NCBI GenBank assembly: GCA_037129475.1
Contig: JBAXUY010000001.1
Coordinates: 37,380 to 101,379, forward strand
Reading direction: 5' to 3'
From: Planctomycetia bacterium
GTDB lineage: Bacteria; Planctomycetota; Planctomycetia; Pirellulales; UBA1268
Length of the DNA: 64,000 bases
The position numbers were made by a program, and so were the translations under genes. The notes beneath the pieces were generated by a model. That model saw only the letters and a list, made by a program, of their open reading frames with translations. It was not told the DNA's origin and made no database searches. Below, piece by piece: positions 9,755-19,558 of this stretch. Positions within the stretch are counted from its first letter, which is position 1. Every line of letters begins with the position of its first letter.

Positions 9755-9823
9755 CCGCCCCCGCTCGACGGATCACTCGACGGACTCGTCTGACAACATC
9801 TCGTGCGACAGAAAGGCTCGGCC

Positions 9824-10663
9824 ATGGCGAAACCGACGATCGGAGCGTTGCTCGCGGGCAAGGGCAAGCGGCAACTGACGATGACGAACGCGGCCGACTA
9901 CAACACCGCCCGCGCCGCGGCCGAGGCGGGCATCGACATCATTCTCGCCCGCGGGATCACCGACGAGCGGCAGATCGGGCTGGTGCTCGACCAGATCGTC
10001 GCCGGTGCCCCGAGCACGGTGATCGTCTGCAATCTCCCCGCGACCATCGCCTACGTCAGCGACGCGGAGGCGATCCGGGCGGCGATGATCGCCCGGGACC
10101 ACGGGGCGGACATCATCTACTCCTCGGGCAACTCGCTGCGCCGCTTCGAGGCCATGGCCGAGCTCGGCATCAACTTCGGCGGTCACGTGGGCCTCGTTCC
10201 CATCCGGGCGAGCCGCGAGGGCGGGCTCGGCGCGCGGGGAAAGAGTCTCGACCAGGCGATCCGGATCTACGAGGAGACGCTCGCCTTCCAGAGGGCGGGC
10301 GCCGTCATGGTGGAGATGGAGTGCGTCGCGGCCGACGTCGCGGCCGAGATCACGAGGCGGGTCGACATCCTTGTGATGTCGCTCGGCAGCGGGCCCGGGT
10401 GCGACGGGCAGTTTCTTTACAGCACGGACCTCCTGGGGTTCCACGAGCCGCGTTTCCCGGGGATGAACAAGCCGTACGAGGGGCCGCTGCCCAGGCACGC
10501 CAGGCGCTACGCGAACCTGTTCGACGAGGCGAAGCGCGGCTTTGCCGCGTTCAAGGCCGATGTCGAGCGCGGCGACTTCCCCGCACAGGCCGAGACGATC
10601 AAGGTTGACCCATCCGTGGTCGCGGCCTTCCGGTCTCGGATCGACGGGTCCGCCTCCTCGTGA
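9824..10663 (+). CDS. PanB-like (3-methyl-2-oxobutanoate hydroxymethyltransferase fold / PEP-mutase superfamily) protein, divergent
   Basis: C-terminal half matches the PanB pattern (GHVGLVP, QRAGAVMVEMECVAADVAAEIT, SLGSGPGCDGQFLYSTDLLG). The N-terminal catalytic motifs are substituted (see findings). Confidence 0.68.
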   Translation: MAKPTIGALLAGKGKRQLTMTNAADYNTARAAAEAGIDIILARGITDERQIGLVLDQIVAGAPSTVIVCNLPATIAYVSDAEAIRAAMIARDHGADIIYSSGNSLRRFEAMAELGINFGGHVGLVPIRASREGGLGARGKSLDQAIRIYEETLAFQRAGAVMVEMECVAADVAAEITRRVDILVMSLGSGPGCDGQFLYSTDLLGFHEPRFPGMNKPYEGPLPRHARRYANLFDEAKRGFAAFKADVERGDFPAQAETIKVDPSVVAAFRSRIDGSASS

Positions 10664-10675
10664 CGCCGCAGGCGG

Positions 10676-11530
10676 CTACGGGAACACGACCGTGCGCCTG
10701 CCGTGCAGAAACACACGCTCCTCCAGCACCAGCCTCACGGCCCGGGCCAGCACCAGTTTCTCCACGTCGCGGCCCGCCTGGGCCATCCGCTCCGGTGTGA
10801 AGGAGTGGTCCACGGCGATCACGTCCTGCGCGATGATCGGCCCGTCGTCGAGCTCGGCGGTCACGAAATGGGCCGTGGCGCCGATCAGCTTCACGCCCCG
10901 GGCGTAGGCCTGGCGGTAAGGGGCCGCCCCGGCGAATGCCGGCAGGAACGAGTGGTGGATGTTGACCAGGCGATTGGCGTAGCGGGCGACGAACGGCTCC
11001 GAGAGCACGCGCATGTAGCGGGCCAGCACGATGTAGTCGCACGCATGTGCGTCGATCGCCGCGGCCACGGCGTCCTCGTGGGCCTCGCGGCTCACGCCCT
11101 CGTGCGGCACGTGCTGAAACGGCACGCCGAACCGCTCGACGAGCGGACGGAGCACGTCGTGGTTGCTCACCACGCCCACGATCCGTCCCGGGAGGTCGCC
11201 CACGGCGTCGAGCAAGAGCAGCTCGCCGAGGCAGTGGGGCTCGCGGGTCGCGCAGACGACGATCGGCCGCCGCTCCTCGCGGGTCACGCGAATGTGTGCG
11301 GCAGGCGGCAGCACCCGCCGCAGGTCGGCCTCCAACGCCTGGGCGGGCACGGGACCGTCAGCCCCGGCCACCTCGGCCCGAAAGAAGAACTGACGCGTGA
11401 CCGTGTCGACGAATTCCGAGTTGCTCTCGATGTTGAGCCGCCGGGCCTGGAGCACGCCCGTGATCCGGTGGATCAGGCCCACCTCGTCCGGGCAACCAAC
11501 GAGCACGATCTCACGGTTGGAAGACGTCAT
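10676..11530 (-). CDS. purU: Formyltetrahydrofolate deformylase
   Basis: 284 aa. N-terminal ACT-like region (IVLVGCPDEVGLIHRITGVL) plus formyltransferase core NIHHSFLPAFAGAAPYRQAYARGVKLIGATAHFVTAELDDGPIIAQDV. Confidence 0.9.
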   Translation of the reverse strand: MTSSNREIVLVGCPDEVGLIHRITGVLQARRLNIESNSEFVDTVTRQFFFRAEVAGADGPVPAQALEADLRRVLPPAAHIRVTREERRPIVVCATREPHCLGELLLLDAVGDLPGRIVGVVSNHDVLRPLVERFGVPFQHVPHEGVSREAHEDAVAAAIDAHACDYIVLARYMRVLSEPFVARYANRLVNIHHSFLPAFAGAAPYRQAYARGVKLIGATAHFVTAELDDGPIIAQDVIAVDHSFTPERMAQAGRDVEKLVLARAVRLVLEERVFLHGRRTVVFP

Positions 11531-11614
11531 GTCGAATAGGGCGCCAAAGCGTTCATCTGCGGTGCGGGCAGTGTTCCTGACTCACTGAGAACGACGATAG
11601 CGGCTTTTTCTTTC

Positions 11615-11623
11615 CGTCGACAG
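11615..11623. promoter_or_regulatory. Imperfect copy CGTCGACAG (site 3), purU/MFS divergent region
   Basis: ccGTCGACAGTCGACcg, one mismatch to the core, with GTCGAC duplicated. Confidence 0.35.
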
Positions 11624-11784
11624 TCGACCGTCTGACGCTCTTGATTGCAAGCCGTGTTCGAGTTGTCGGGCCCCGGTCCGGATGGTATGGTACGACGACA
11701 TTCGCCACGAATCGGTGGCGAAGCGCGGGGAAACCATGCAGGGCAAACAGTCGCCACGGATTTCCTCAACCCATTGGTGAAGGT

Positions 11785-13212
11785 ATGCAGTCGGAAGTTC
11801 GCCTCAAGCCGTTGTGGACCGCCTTCGTCGCGGCGATCGGTGGATTCCTCTTCGGCTACGACCTCGGCCTGATCGGCGCCGCGAACGTCTATCTGGAGGA
11901 ACAGTTCAAGCTCTCGGCGGCGGAACTCGGCTTCGCCACGGCGAGCGCCGTGCTCGGTTGCGTCCTCGGGCCGTTCCTCGGCGCGTGGGTGTGCGATGCC
12001 ATCGGCCGGAGGAAGACGATGATCGTGGCGGCGCTCCTGCTCGCGGTGAGCGCCGTGTTCACCGCTGTGCCCGACGTGATGTCCGACGGGAGCACCGCCG
12101 GCATCATGTGGTCGTTCAACTTCTTCCGGCTCGTCGGCGGCCTCGGCGTGGGGCTCTGCTCGATCGCCTCGCCGATGTACATCGCCGAACTCGCGCCCCC
12201 GACGAAGCGCGGTCGCCTGGGCCTCATGTACCAGCTCGCCGTCGTCCTCGGGCACGCGGTCGCCCCCTTGATCGCGTGGGCGATCGTCGCCTGGCTGCGG
12301 ATCAAGTACGGCGTCCAGCAGGGCGACGTGCCGGAGTCGTGGGCGCTGCAGCCCTGGCGCTGGATGTTCTTTTCCGAAATGGTCAGCATCCTGGCATTTG
12401 TGGGCTTCGTCTTCCGCCTGCCGGAGAGCCCGCGCTGGCTCGCTGAAAAGGGGAGGTTCGACGAGGCGGAGGGCGTCCTCCGCCGGATCGACGGCCCGGA
12501 GTTCGCCCGCGCTGAGATCGCGGAGATCCGCAGCACGCTGCACGCGGAACAGGGCCGCTGGTCCGACCTGCTCGTGGGCGGCATGCCCTGGGCGCTGTTC
12601 ATCGGCATCATGCTCGCGTTCTTCGGCAACTGGACGGGCTGGAGCGTGATCGGCGGCTACATCCCGCGACTCTTCGAGGCGGCCGGCTACCGCCGCGAGG
12701 ACGCCATCCGCGACTTCGTGTTCGTCTACGGCGCGATGGCCGCGCTGACGCTCGTCTCGATCTCGCTGGCAGACCGCGTCGGGCGGCGGCCCCTGTGGAT
12801 GTGCGCCTCGCTCCTGGGCGCGGTGATCACCCTGCTGTGCGGATTCGTCTTCGCCTGGGGTTGGCGGGGCACGCCGGTGATGATCGTGATCGCGCTCGTC
12901 ACGATACCCCACGGCCTGGCCCTCGGGGGCCTGCCCTGGCTGATGATGTCGGAGCTGTATCCGACGCGGCTGCGGGCCAAGGCGGTGGCCGTCACCACGA
13001 CGACGCTCTGGATTTTTATCTTCACGGGGGCCTACCTCTTCCCGTCGATCACGGCCTGGTCGGAGCGGACATGCGGCTCCGTGGCGGCCGCGTTCTGGCT
13101 GTTCACGGGGGTCTGCATCCTGTCGTTTTTCTTCGGCTGGCTCCTCATGCCCGAGACGAAGGGCCGCACGCTCGAAGAGATCGGCGAATCCTGGACGTCC
13201 CCGCGGCGGTGA
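11785..13212 (+). CDS. MFS sugar porter family transporter
   Basis: Start re-picked at MQSEVRLKPLW. Motifs GFLFGYDLG, GRRKTM, PESPRWLAEKGRFDEAEGVLRRI and PETKGRTLEEI are sugar-porter signatures. 12 predicted hydrophobic segments by eye. Confidence 0.88.
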   Translation: MQSEVRLKPLWTAFVAAIGGFLFGYDLGLIGAANVYLEEQFKLSAAELGFATASAVLGCVLGPFLGAWVCDAIGRRKTMIVAALLLAVSAVFTAVPDVMSDGSTAGIMWSFNFFRLVGGLGVGLCSIASPMYIAELAPPTKRGRLGLMYQLAVVLGHAVAPLIAWAIVAWLRIKYGVQQGDVPESWALQPWRWMFFSEMVSILAFVGFVFRLPESPRWLAEKGRFDEAEGVLRRIDGPEFARAEIAEIRSTLHAEQGRWSDLLVGGMPWALFIGIMLAFFGNWTGWSVIGGYIPRLFEAAGYRREDAIRDFVFVYGAMAALTLVSISLADRVGRRPLWMCASLLGAVITLLCGFVFAWGWRGTPVMIVIALVTIPHGLALGGLPWLMMSELYPTRLRAKAVAVTTTTLWIFIFTGAYLFPSITAWSERTCGSVAAAFWLFTGVCILSFFFGWLLMPETKGRTLEEIGESWTSPRR

Positions 13213-13235
13213 GCCGCCGGACACCCCCTGCACCC

Positions 13236-14618
13236 ATGCGTTTTCTTGGCGTCGATGTCGGCTCGAGCTTCATCAAGGGGGCGGTGCTCGACGTCGACTC
13301 GGCCTCAGTCTCCAACGTCGAGCGGACGGCTGCGCCGGAGCCCGTCGGCGGACTCGAGCCGACGTTCCGCGAGGTGGAGCCCGAGACGTTTCTCGATGGC
13401 ACTCGGCAGGTGCTCGAGCGGCTGCATGGCCACGCGCCCGACGCCGCGGGCGTTCTGCTCTGCAGCCAGTTGCACGGCACGCTGCTTTGCGACGGCGACG
13501 CCCGGCCGCTCACCCGCTACGTGACGTGGCAGGACACGCGCACGCTGCTGCCGCTTCCAGGCGCGAGCGAATCGTGCTTCGACGAACTCGAGCGGGTCGT
13601 GGGCCCCGACGACCGCCGACTGCTCGGCAACGAGCGCGTGCCGGGGCTGCCGATCAACCAGCTCTATCGACTCGCCCGCCTCGGCCGGCTGCCCGCCGGC
13701 GCGATTCCCGCAACGCTCCCTTTTTTCGTGGCCGCCCGGCTGTGCGACGCCCCGATCGCCTGCGACATCACGCAGGCCTACGGCCTCGGCGCCGTGAACG
13801 TGCGCACGCTCGACTGGCATCGCCCCGTGATCGAGCGGCTCGGCCTCGGCGGGCTCGCGTGGCCTGAGATCGTGCCCCAGGGCACCGTCGTCGGCGAATG
13901 GCAGGATGGCGGACGAACGCTGCCGGTGTACGCGCCGGTGGGCGACTACCACTGTTCGCAGGTCGGGGCACTGCTCCAGCCCGGCGAGTTATCTGTAAAT
14001 ATCTCCACGGGCTCAGCCGTGATCCAGATCGCCCGCGGCTGCGAGATGGGCGACTTCCAGACGCGGCCATGGTTCGACGGCACGTATCTCAAGACGATCA
14101 CGCACATTCCCGGCGGGCGGGCGATCAACGCGCTGCTCAATCTGCTCGGCGAACTCGCCGCGGCGGAGGGCGTGACGCTCGGCGATCCGTGGGGCACGGC
14201 CCTCGCCCGGGCCGCGCAGGTTTCCGACGGTGGCGGCCTCGCGATCGACCCCGCGTTTTATGCGGGGAGCATGGGAGACCACGGCACGATCGAGAATCTC
14301 CGCGAGGAAAACATGACCGTGGGCCATCTGTTCCACGCCCTGTTTGCCGGCATGGCCGACAACTACGCCCGCGCCGCTGCCCGCATCGCCCCCGGGCGCG
14401 ACTGGAGCCGGCTCGTCTTTTCCGGCGGCGTCGCCATGAAAACGCCGCTCCTGCGCCGGCTGATCATGGATCGGCTGGGAAGCGGGCACCGCCTCGCCCC
14501 GGTCGACGAGGACACGCTCTTCGGCCTGCTCGTGCTGGCCCGTGCCTTCGCCGGCCGCTCGTCCAGCGTCGCCGACGCCATCGAATCCGTCTCTCTCCCC
14601 ACCGTCACCAGGAGTTGA
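13236..14618 (+). CDS. ASKHA-superfamily carbohydrate kinase (FGGY/sedoheptulokinase-like)
   Basis: Start MRFLGVDVGSSFIKGAV (phosphate-1 motif DxGxS). C-terminal FSGGVAMKTPLLRRL is an ADENOSINE-like motif. Sits between a sugar transporter and a KDPG-type aldolase. Confidence 0.7.
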   Translation: MRFLGVDVGSSFIKGAVLDVDSASVSNVERTAAPEPVGGLEPTFREVEPETFLDGTRQVLERLHGHAPDAAGVLLCSQLHGTLLCDGDARPLTRYVTWQDTRTLLPLPGASESCFDELERVVGPDDRRLLGNERVPGLPINQLYRLARLGRLPAGAIPATLPFFVAARLCDAPIACDITQAYGLGAVNVRTLDWHRPVIERLGLGGLAWPEIVPQGTVVGEWQDGGRTLPVYAPVGDYHCSQVGALLQPGELSVNISTGSAVIQIARGCEMGDFQTRPWFDGTYLKTITHIPGGRAINALLNLLGELAAAEGVTLGDPWGTALARAAQVSDGGGLAIDPAFYAGSMGDHGTIENLREENMTVGHLFHALFAGMADNYARAAARIAPGRDWSRLVFSGGVAMKTPLLRRLIMDRLGSGHRLAPVDEDTLFGLLVLARAFAGRSSSVADAIESVSLPTVTRS

Positions 14619-14619
14619 C

Positions 14620-15303
14620 ATGGCCCGCTTCACCAGGCTCGATGTGTACAACCGGCTGCTCGAAGAGGCACTCGTCCCACTGTTTCACAACGCCGATCCG
14701 GAGAAGGCCTGCGCGATCGTCTCCGCGGTGGCGGAGGGGGGCGCGGGCGTGTGCGAGTTCACCAACCGTGGTGACCACTCGATCGACGTCTTCCGGGCCC
14801 TGGCCCAGCACTGCCAGCGGAAGGTGCCGAAGATGATCCTCGGCGCGGGGTCGATCGTCGACGACGCCACGGCCGCGCTCTTCATCGCCCACGGGGCCGA
14901 GTTCATCGTGGGCCCGTCATTCGACGAGCGGGTGGCCCGGCTCTGCAACCGCCGCCGGATCGCCTACGTCCCGGGCTGCCAGACCGCCACCGAGATCGCC
15001 ACGGCGGAGGAACTCGGCGTGGAGATCGTGAAGTTCTTTCCCGCCCGGGCTGCGGGCGGACCGGATTTCGTGAAGCACATCCTCGGGCCTGCCCCGGGCA
15101 CGCGGCTCCTGGCCACGGGCATCGGCGAGGCGACGGCCGAATCGCTCATCGCCTGGTTCAAGGCGGGCGTCTGCGGCGTGGGCCTCGGCGGCGATCTCAT
15201 CAAGGCCGACTGGGTCGCAACCGGAGATTATCCGGCGATCGCGCGGCGCGTCGGCCTGGTGCGCGACCTCGTGCGGCAGGCGCGAGGCGGGCGGCCAGCC
15301 TAG
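14620..15303 (+). CDS. eda: KDPG/KHG aldolase family protein
   Basis: Starts 2 nt after the kinase stop. 227 aa. Pattern VPLFHNADPEKA...GGAGVCEFTNRG...VPGCQTATEIATAEELGVEIVKFFPA is typical of Eda-family class I aldolases. Confidence 0.78.
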   Translation: MARFTRLDVYNRLLEEALVPLFHNADPEKACAIVSAVAEGGAGVCEFTNRGDHSIDVFRALAQHCQRKVPKMILGAGSIVDDATAALFIAHGAEFIVGPSFDERVARLCNRRRIAYVPGCQTATEIATAEELGVEIVKFFPARAAGGPDFVKHILGPAPGTRLLATGIGEATAESLIAWFKAGVCGVGLGGDLIKADWVATGDYPAIARRVGLVRDLVRQARGGRPA

Positions 15304-15935
15304 CGCGAACCGCGGCCTTCCTCGGGCCGCGTTTCCAGCGCGAGGCGGGGCGGATTGAAGAGGTCGGAGTCGGGGCGCACCTCGATCCCGAGTGTCGACT
15401 CGGCGTTGTATCGTGCCGGCAACTTCAATTCAGGGTGGATGATTCGCACCGTGTAGAAGCCGCAGTTCATGCCCCTTCGCACACCCTGCGGCAGGTCTGC
15501 CGGAGGCAGCGAGGGACTGCACACGCCATTGGCCGCGATGTCGGAGCCCGCCGGCTTCAGCCACTGCGCCAGATACGGCTCGGGCACGAGTTCGACCCGT
15601 CCGCCAGGGAGCGATCTGCCGTTCAACGTGATTTGAATCGGCTGCGAGACGAGTCCCAAGCCACTCTTCGCCCAGGTTGCGATTCGAGCCGCGATCTCCG
15701 CGGCCGACAGACTGCCATCGTGATCGGTGTCGGTCCGCTCAAACGCCGCGGCGAGCCCCGGGCTGGCGGCGGCCTCGGCGGGTGACACGGTTCCGTTGTG
15801 ATCCTTATCGCACAATTGCACCGCTGCGGCAGCCGCCCGCGAGGCATTGATCGACGGCGGATTCACTCTGGCGGGGCCGGTCGAGCAACCCGTTGAAATC
15901 GCGAGGGCGATCCCTGCCGCGATGCGACGGGGCAT
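15300..15935 (-). CDS. Lipoprotein with two EF-hand calcium-binding loops
   Basis: Start re-picked at MPRRIAAGIALAISTGC (lipobox-like). Two canonical 12-residue EF loops, DKDHNGTVSPAE and DTDHDGSLSAAE. Lies directly downstream of the DUF1559 gene, a common pairing in Planctomycetota. Confidence 0.62.
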   Translation of the reverse strand: MPRRIAAGIALAISTGCSTGPARVNPPSINASRAAAAAVQLCDKDHNGTVSPAEAAASPGLAAAFERTDTDHDGSLSAAEIAARIATWAKSGLGLVSQPIQITLNGRSLPGGRVELVPEPYLAQWLKPAGSDIAANGVCSPSLPPADLPQGVRRGMNCGFYTVRIIHPELKLPARYNAESTLGIEVRPDSDLFNPPRLALETRPEEGRGSR

Positions 15936-16043
15936 GGCGTCCAACGCTGGCCGCCTCCGTGCATCGCGTTGATCGGGTGTGGAGCCCATGTCCATCAGGT
16001 GAGAGTCAGTGGTGAGATCGAGCGTGAGGATCGCGGGCACCGA

Positions 16044-17084
16044 CTAGGGGCAGGTTGGTGTTCCGGGGCCGGAGGCATTTCCCTCGCCGGTCACGCTCGC
16101 CGTCAGCCCATCCATCCGGTTCCCGAGCCTTCGGTGAATCTCCGGAGCAATACTGTAATTGATCGTTTGCACGGAACCGTCGCACATCCCCATGATGAAT
16201 CCGGAGGAGTGCGCGCTTCCGAAAGTGAATGGAGGCGAGACGCCGCCACGATCCTGTGCCGGCGAGCAATCCCATTCGGCATTCTGGTTCGTGGAGCGAA
16301 GAGAATCATCCTGCTGGCCTATGAACATGTTCCAGTCGTCACCGCCATCGACGGAGCCGTTCTCGTAGTTGTCGGGGTTCAGGTATTTCTCGCCGACGGC
16401 GTAGGTCTTCGACAGGCCGTCGGTGATGTCTTTCGACCTCACCTTGCTCCGCACGAACACGACGCCCGTGATCTGGCTGGTGTCTGGCCATTTGAACGTC
16501 GATGAAGCTCCTTCCGCCGCATTCGAGGGACTGGCTCCGTACAGAATGCAGGGGCAGGAGTTGGACGTGGGGTTGCCCCACACACCACTCACGGATATCG
16601 CGTCTCCATAATTGGCCGCGTAGTCGGTTTTCGCCTGATTTGTAGCAGTGACGCCGGGGTTCTTCACCGCGCAACAGGCTGGTCGCAATTTCGGAACCCT
16701 GCGCGTCGGGCAGTTGAATCCGCTGACGACCGTCTGGACCAGGTCATTGGCCGACTTGTTGTAGATCGTCTGCAATTCCATGTACGGAAGCACCTGATAG
16801 GTCCAACCGCCGGGCTGGGCAGGTCCCAGCCCAAGAGTTGCATCTCCGGTCCATTCGTAACTCCAGCCTCCAGAAGGAAAAGCACCGCGGGAGTCGTGGA
16901 ACCCTTGGAAAGCCAGACCAATCTGCTTGACCTGGTTGGTGCAGGTAGTCCGGCGTCCGGATTCCCGGGCGGCCTGGACGGCCGGAAGAAGAAGCGCGAT
17001 GAGCACTCCGATGATCGCGATCACGACCAGCAGCTCCACCAACGTGAACCCGCCGATCTTCGTTCGAGTCTTTGAGACGCACAT
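16044..17084 (-). CDS. DUF1559 domain protein with prepilin-type N-terminal cleavage/methylation domain
   Basis: N-terminus [54 protein letters not shown] is the type II secretion pseudopilin-like leader plus DUF1559 signature. Visibly lower GC than its neighbours. Confidence 0.9.
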   Translation of the reverse strand: MCVSKTRTKIGGFTLVELLVVIAIIGVLIALLLPAVQAARESGRRTTCTNQVKQIGLAFQGFHDSRGAFPSGGWSYEWTGDATLGLGPAQPGGWTYQVLPYMELQTIYNKSANDLVQTVVSGFNCPTRRVPKLRPACCAVKNPGVTATNQAKTDYAANYGDAISVSGVWGNPTSNSCPCILYGASPSNAAEGASSTFKWPDTSQITGVVFVRSKVRSKDITDGLSKTYAVGEKYLNPDNYENGSVDGGDDWNMFIGQQDDSLRSTNQNAEWDCSPAQDRGGVSPPFTFGSAHSSGFIMGMCDGSVQTINYSIAPEIHRRLGNRMDGLTASVTGEGNASGPGTPTCP

Positions 17085-17198
17085 GCCAGAACTCCGTCGG
17101 GTGTGCTCGCTCTGTGCCCGCTGAACGTGTTCGGATCGACCCCCGCGTCAGGTGTAGCGCGTCATCAAGGCGTCAGCCCCGCTCACCGCGACCTGCTC

Positions 17199-17206
17199 TG
17201 TCGACA
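17199..17206. promoter_or_regulatory. TGTCGACA palindrome (site 4), DUF1559/2-hydroxyacid dehydrogenase divergent region
   Basis: cTGTCGACAaattatag. Confidence 0.5.
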
Positions 17207-17265
17207 AATTATAGGGAGAGCCACGAAGCCTGTCCAGCGATGCATCCAGCCCCTTTCACCAAGCC

Positions 17266-17273
17266 TGTCGACA
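17266..17273. promoter_or_regulatory. TGTCGACA palindrome (site 5), same intergenic region, 67 bp from site 4
   Basis: cTGTCGACAGTTTacc, about 85 nt upstream of ATG 17358. Confidence 0.5.
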
Positions 17274-17357
17274 GTTTACCATTCGGGCTCACCGGCGGAC
17301 AGGTTTCGCGCGCGACCCGTTCCCCGCTCGAGCCCGCGCAGACGAAGGATGCCGTCC

Positions 17358-18338
17358 ATGAAGATCGTCGTCACCGATTACGCCTTCGATGATCTGGGGG
17401 TCGAGGAGCGGGTGGCGGCCGCGGCGGGCGCGACCGTCGTCGGCGCCCAGACCAAGGATCCGAAGCAGCTCGCCGCGGCGGTCGCCGACGCCGACGCCGT
17501 GATCACGCAGTTCGCCCCGGTGAACGCCGAAGTGATCAACGCGATGCGGAAGGCGCGGGCGATCGTCCGCTACGGGATCGGCGTCGACAACGTCGACCTG
17601 GCCGCGGCCAAGGCCCGTGGCATCCCCGTCTGCAACATCCCCGACTACTGCATCGACGAGGTGGCCGACCACACGCTCGCCTTCATCCTCGCGCTCACGC
17701 GGCAGGTCGCACCGCAGAGCCGGCTGGTGCACGAAGGGGGCTGGAAGCTCGCCGCCCCGATCCCGGCCTTCCGCACGCTCGCCAGGATGACGTGCGGCGT
17801 CGTCGGCTTCGGCCGGATCGGCCGGGGCGTGGTGCGGCGGCTCGTGGGCTTCGGCGGCCGCGTGCTCGTGAGCGACCCCGTGGCGCCTGCCGATGCGATC
17901 GCCGCCGCAGGGGCGGAGGCCGCCCCGCTGGGCAAACTCCTCGCCGAGAGCGATCTCGTCACGCTCCATTGTCCCTCGCTGCCCGAGACGAAGGGGCTGA
18001 TCAACGCCACGACGCTCGCGGCGGCCAAGCAGGGCTTGCTCGTCGTGAATCTCTCCCGCGGGGATCTCGTCGACCCGGCCGCGCTCGTCGCCGCGCTCGA
18101 CAGCGGCAAGGTGGCCGGCGCCGCGCTCGACGTGTTCGCTCCGGAGCCGATTCCCGCCGGCCATCCGATCCTCGGCCGCAGCAACGTGATCCTCGCCCCG
18201 CACGTGGCGAGCGTGAGCGCCGCAGCCGTCGAGCGGCTGCGCACCACCGCGGCCACGATCGCTGTGGCCGCGCTCCGGGGTGCCCCGCTCACGTCGATCG
18301 TCAACGGCGTCGCGGGGCCGCGGATCGTGTCAGCCTGA
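17358..18338 (+). CDS. D-isomer-specific 2-hydroxyacid dehydrogenase (PGDH/CtBP-like)
   Basis: Start MKIVVTDYAF. NAD motif VGFGRIGRGVVRRL, then LSRGDLVD, LDVFAPEP and APHVAS (catalytic His). Confidence 0.88.
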   Translation: MKIVVTDYAFDDLGVEERVAAAAGATVVGAQTKDPKQLAAAVADADAVITQFAPVNAEVINAMRKARAIVRYGIGVDNVDLAAAKARGIPVCNIPDYCIDEVADHTLAFILALTRQVAPQSRLVHEGGWKLAAPIPAFRTLARMTCGVVGFGRIGRGVVRRLVGFGGRVLVSDPVAPADAIAAAGAEAAPLGKLLAESDLVTLHCPSLPETKGLINATTLAAAKQGLLVVNLSRGDLVDPAALVAALDSGKVAGAALDVFAPEPIPAGHPILGRSNVILAPHVASVSAAAVERLRTTAATIAVAALRGAPLTSIVNGVAGPRIVSA

Positions 18339-18383
18339 GCCGTGCTTGGCGATCCTGGTGAAACGAGGAGAAACGAGTCGCCC

Positions 18384-19436
18384 ATGTCCACGCCGATTGC
18401 CCCCGCCGATCTTGCCGCGTTCGTCCGTGCCGCCGGAGAGAAGGCCGGCCTTTCGCCCGAGGCGGCCGATACGCTCGCCGAGCCGCTCGTGCTCGCCGAC
18501 ATGATGGGCGTGCACACGCACGGCACGAAGTTGCTCGCGGGCTACTTGCGCAAGCTGTTGGCCTGCGGCTACCGGCCGACGGGTGTGCCGAAGATCGTGC
18601 GCGAGGGGCCAGCCTGGGCCGTCGTCGACGGTGACGCGGCCCTCGGCCAGGTCGGCTGCACGATGGCGATGCGGCTGGCGATCGCGAAGGCGAAGCAGGT
18701 GGGCGTGGCGTCGGTCTCGATCCGCAACACGGGCCACATCGGCGCTGCCGGCTACTACGCGCTCATGGCCGCACGGGAAGGCTGCCTGGGGCTCGTCGCG
18801 GGCAACGACATACCCACCGTCGCGGCGCCCGGCTCGCGCGGGGCCGTGTTCGGCAGCAATCCGCTGGCCTATGCGGCGCCGGTGCCCGGCGGCGATCCGC
18901 TGCTCTTCGATATCTCGACGGCCGCCGTGGCCGGCGGCAAGGTCTACGCCGCCGTCGCCCGGGGCGAGCCGATCCCGGGCGACTGGCTCATCGGCGAAGA
19001 CGGCCGGCCCACGAGCGACGGCAGCCTCTATCCGGCAAAGGCGGTGCTCGCCCCGATGGCAGGCCACAAGGGATACGGGTTCGCGATGTTCGCCGAACTC
19101 CTCTCCGGCGTGCTGAGCGGCGGGATGGTGGCGTTGCAGGTCGGACACTGGATGGTCGATCCACCGGAAGTGCCTTCGCGGCACTCGGCGGGCTTCGTCG
19201 TGATCGACGTGGAAGCGATCTGCGACCGTGAGGCCTACGCCGCAGCCATGAACACGATCGTGCGGCACGTCCACGGGGCGCCCACCGTCGCCGGTATCGA
19301 GCGCGTGTTTCTGCCCGGCGAGCTGGAGTGGAGGCGGCACAAGGCGGCTGCATCGGCCGGCATTCCGCTGCCTGCCGATGTCCGCGAGAAATTGGCCGCC
19401 GCCGCCGCTCTGGTGGGGCTCGCCTCGCCCGCCTGA
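18384..19436 (+). CDS. Ldh_2 family (malate/L-lactate/ureidoglycolate-type) dehydrogenase
   Basis: 350 aa. Motifs HGTKLLAGYL, NTGHIGAAGYYA and MAGHKGYGFAM are typical of the Ldh_2 family. Confidence 0.8.
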   Translation: MSTPIAPADLAAFVRAAGEKAGLSPEAADTLAEPLVLADMMGVHTHGTKLLAGYLRKLLACGYRPTGVPKIVREGPAWAVVDGDAALGQVGCTMAMRLAIAKAKQVGVASVSIRNTGHIGAAGYYALMAAREGCLGLVAGNDIPTVAAPGSRGAVFGSNPLAYAAPVPGGDPLLFDISTAAVAGGKVYAAVARGEPIPGDWLIGEDGRPTSDGSLYPAKAVLAPMAGHKGYGFAMFAELLSGVLSGGMVALQVGHWMVDPPEVPSRHSAGFVVIDVEAICDREAYAAAMNTIVRHVHGAPTVAGIERVFLPGELEWRRHKAAASAGIPLPADVREKLAAAAALVGLASPA

Positions 19437-19477
19437 CGGCCTGCCGAGAAATACGGCCTGTTTCCAGCCATTTTGCC

Positions 19478-19485
19478 TGTCGACA
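19478..19485. promoter_or_regulatory. TGTCGACA palindrome (site 6), upstream of AraC regulator
   Basis: cTGTCGACAGaatc. Confidence 0.5.
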
Positions 19486-19511
19486 GAATCGCGTGCATCC
19501 GCTAGGCTATC

Positions 19512-19519
19512 TGTCGACA
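19512..19519. promoter_or_regulatory. TGTCGACA palindrome (site 7), 34 bp from site 6
   Basis: cTGTCGACAGTTgcg, about 40 nt upstream of ATG 19559. Confidence 0.5.
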
Positions 19520-19558
19520 GTTGCGCACGAAGCGCACTTGGGCAGTCGGGGCGGGGCC

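Noticed and set aside
11531-11784. Possible riboswitch (ZTP/pfl or THF type) in the 254-nt leader region between purU and the MFS gene, including a 7-bp stem GTGGCGA...TCGCCAC
   Set aside because: I could not find the conserved ZTP core (GGGUCGUGAC...CCGCCUGGGC) or any other riboswitch consensus on either strand. The stem alone is not diagnostic.
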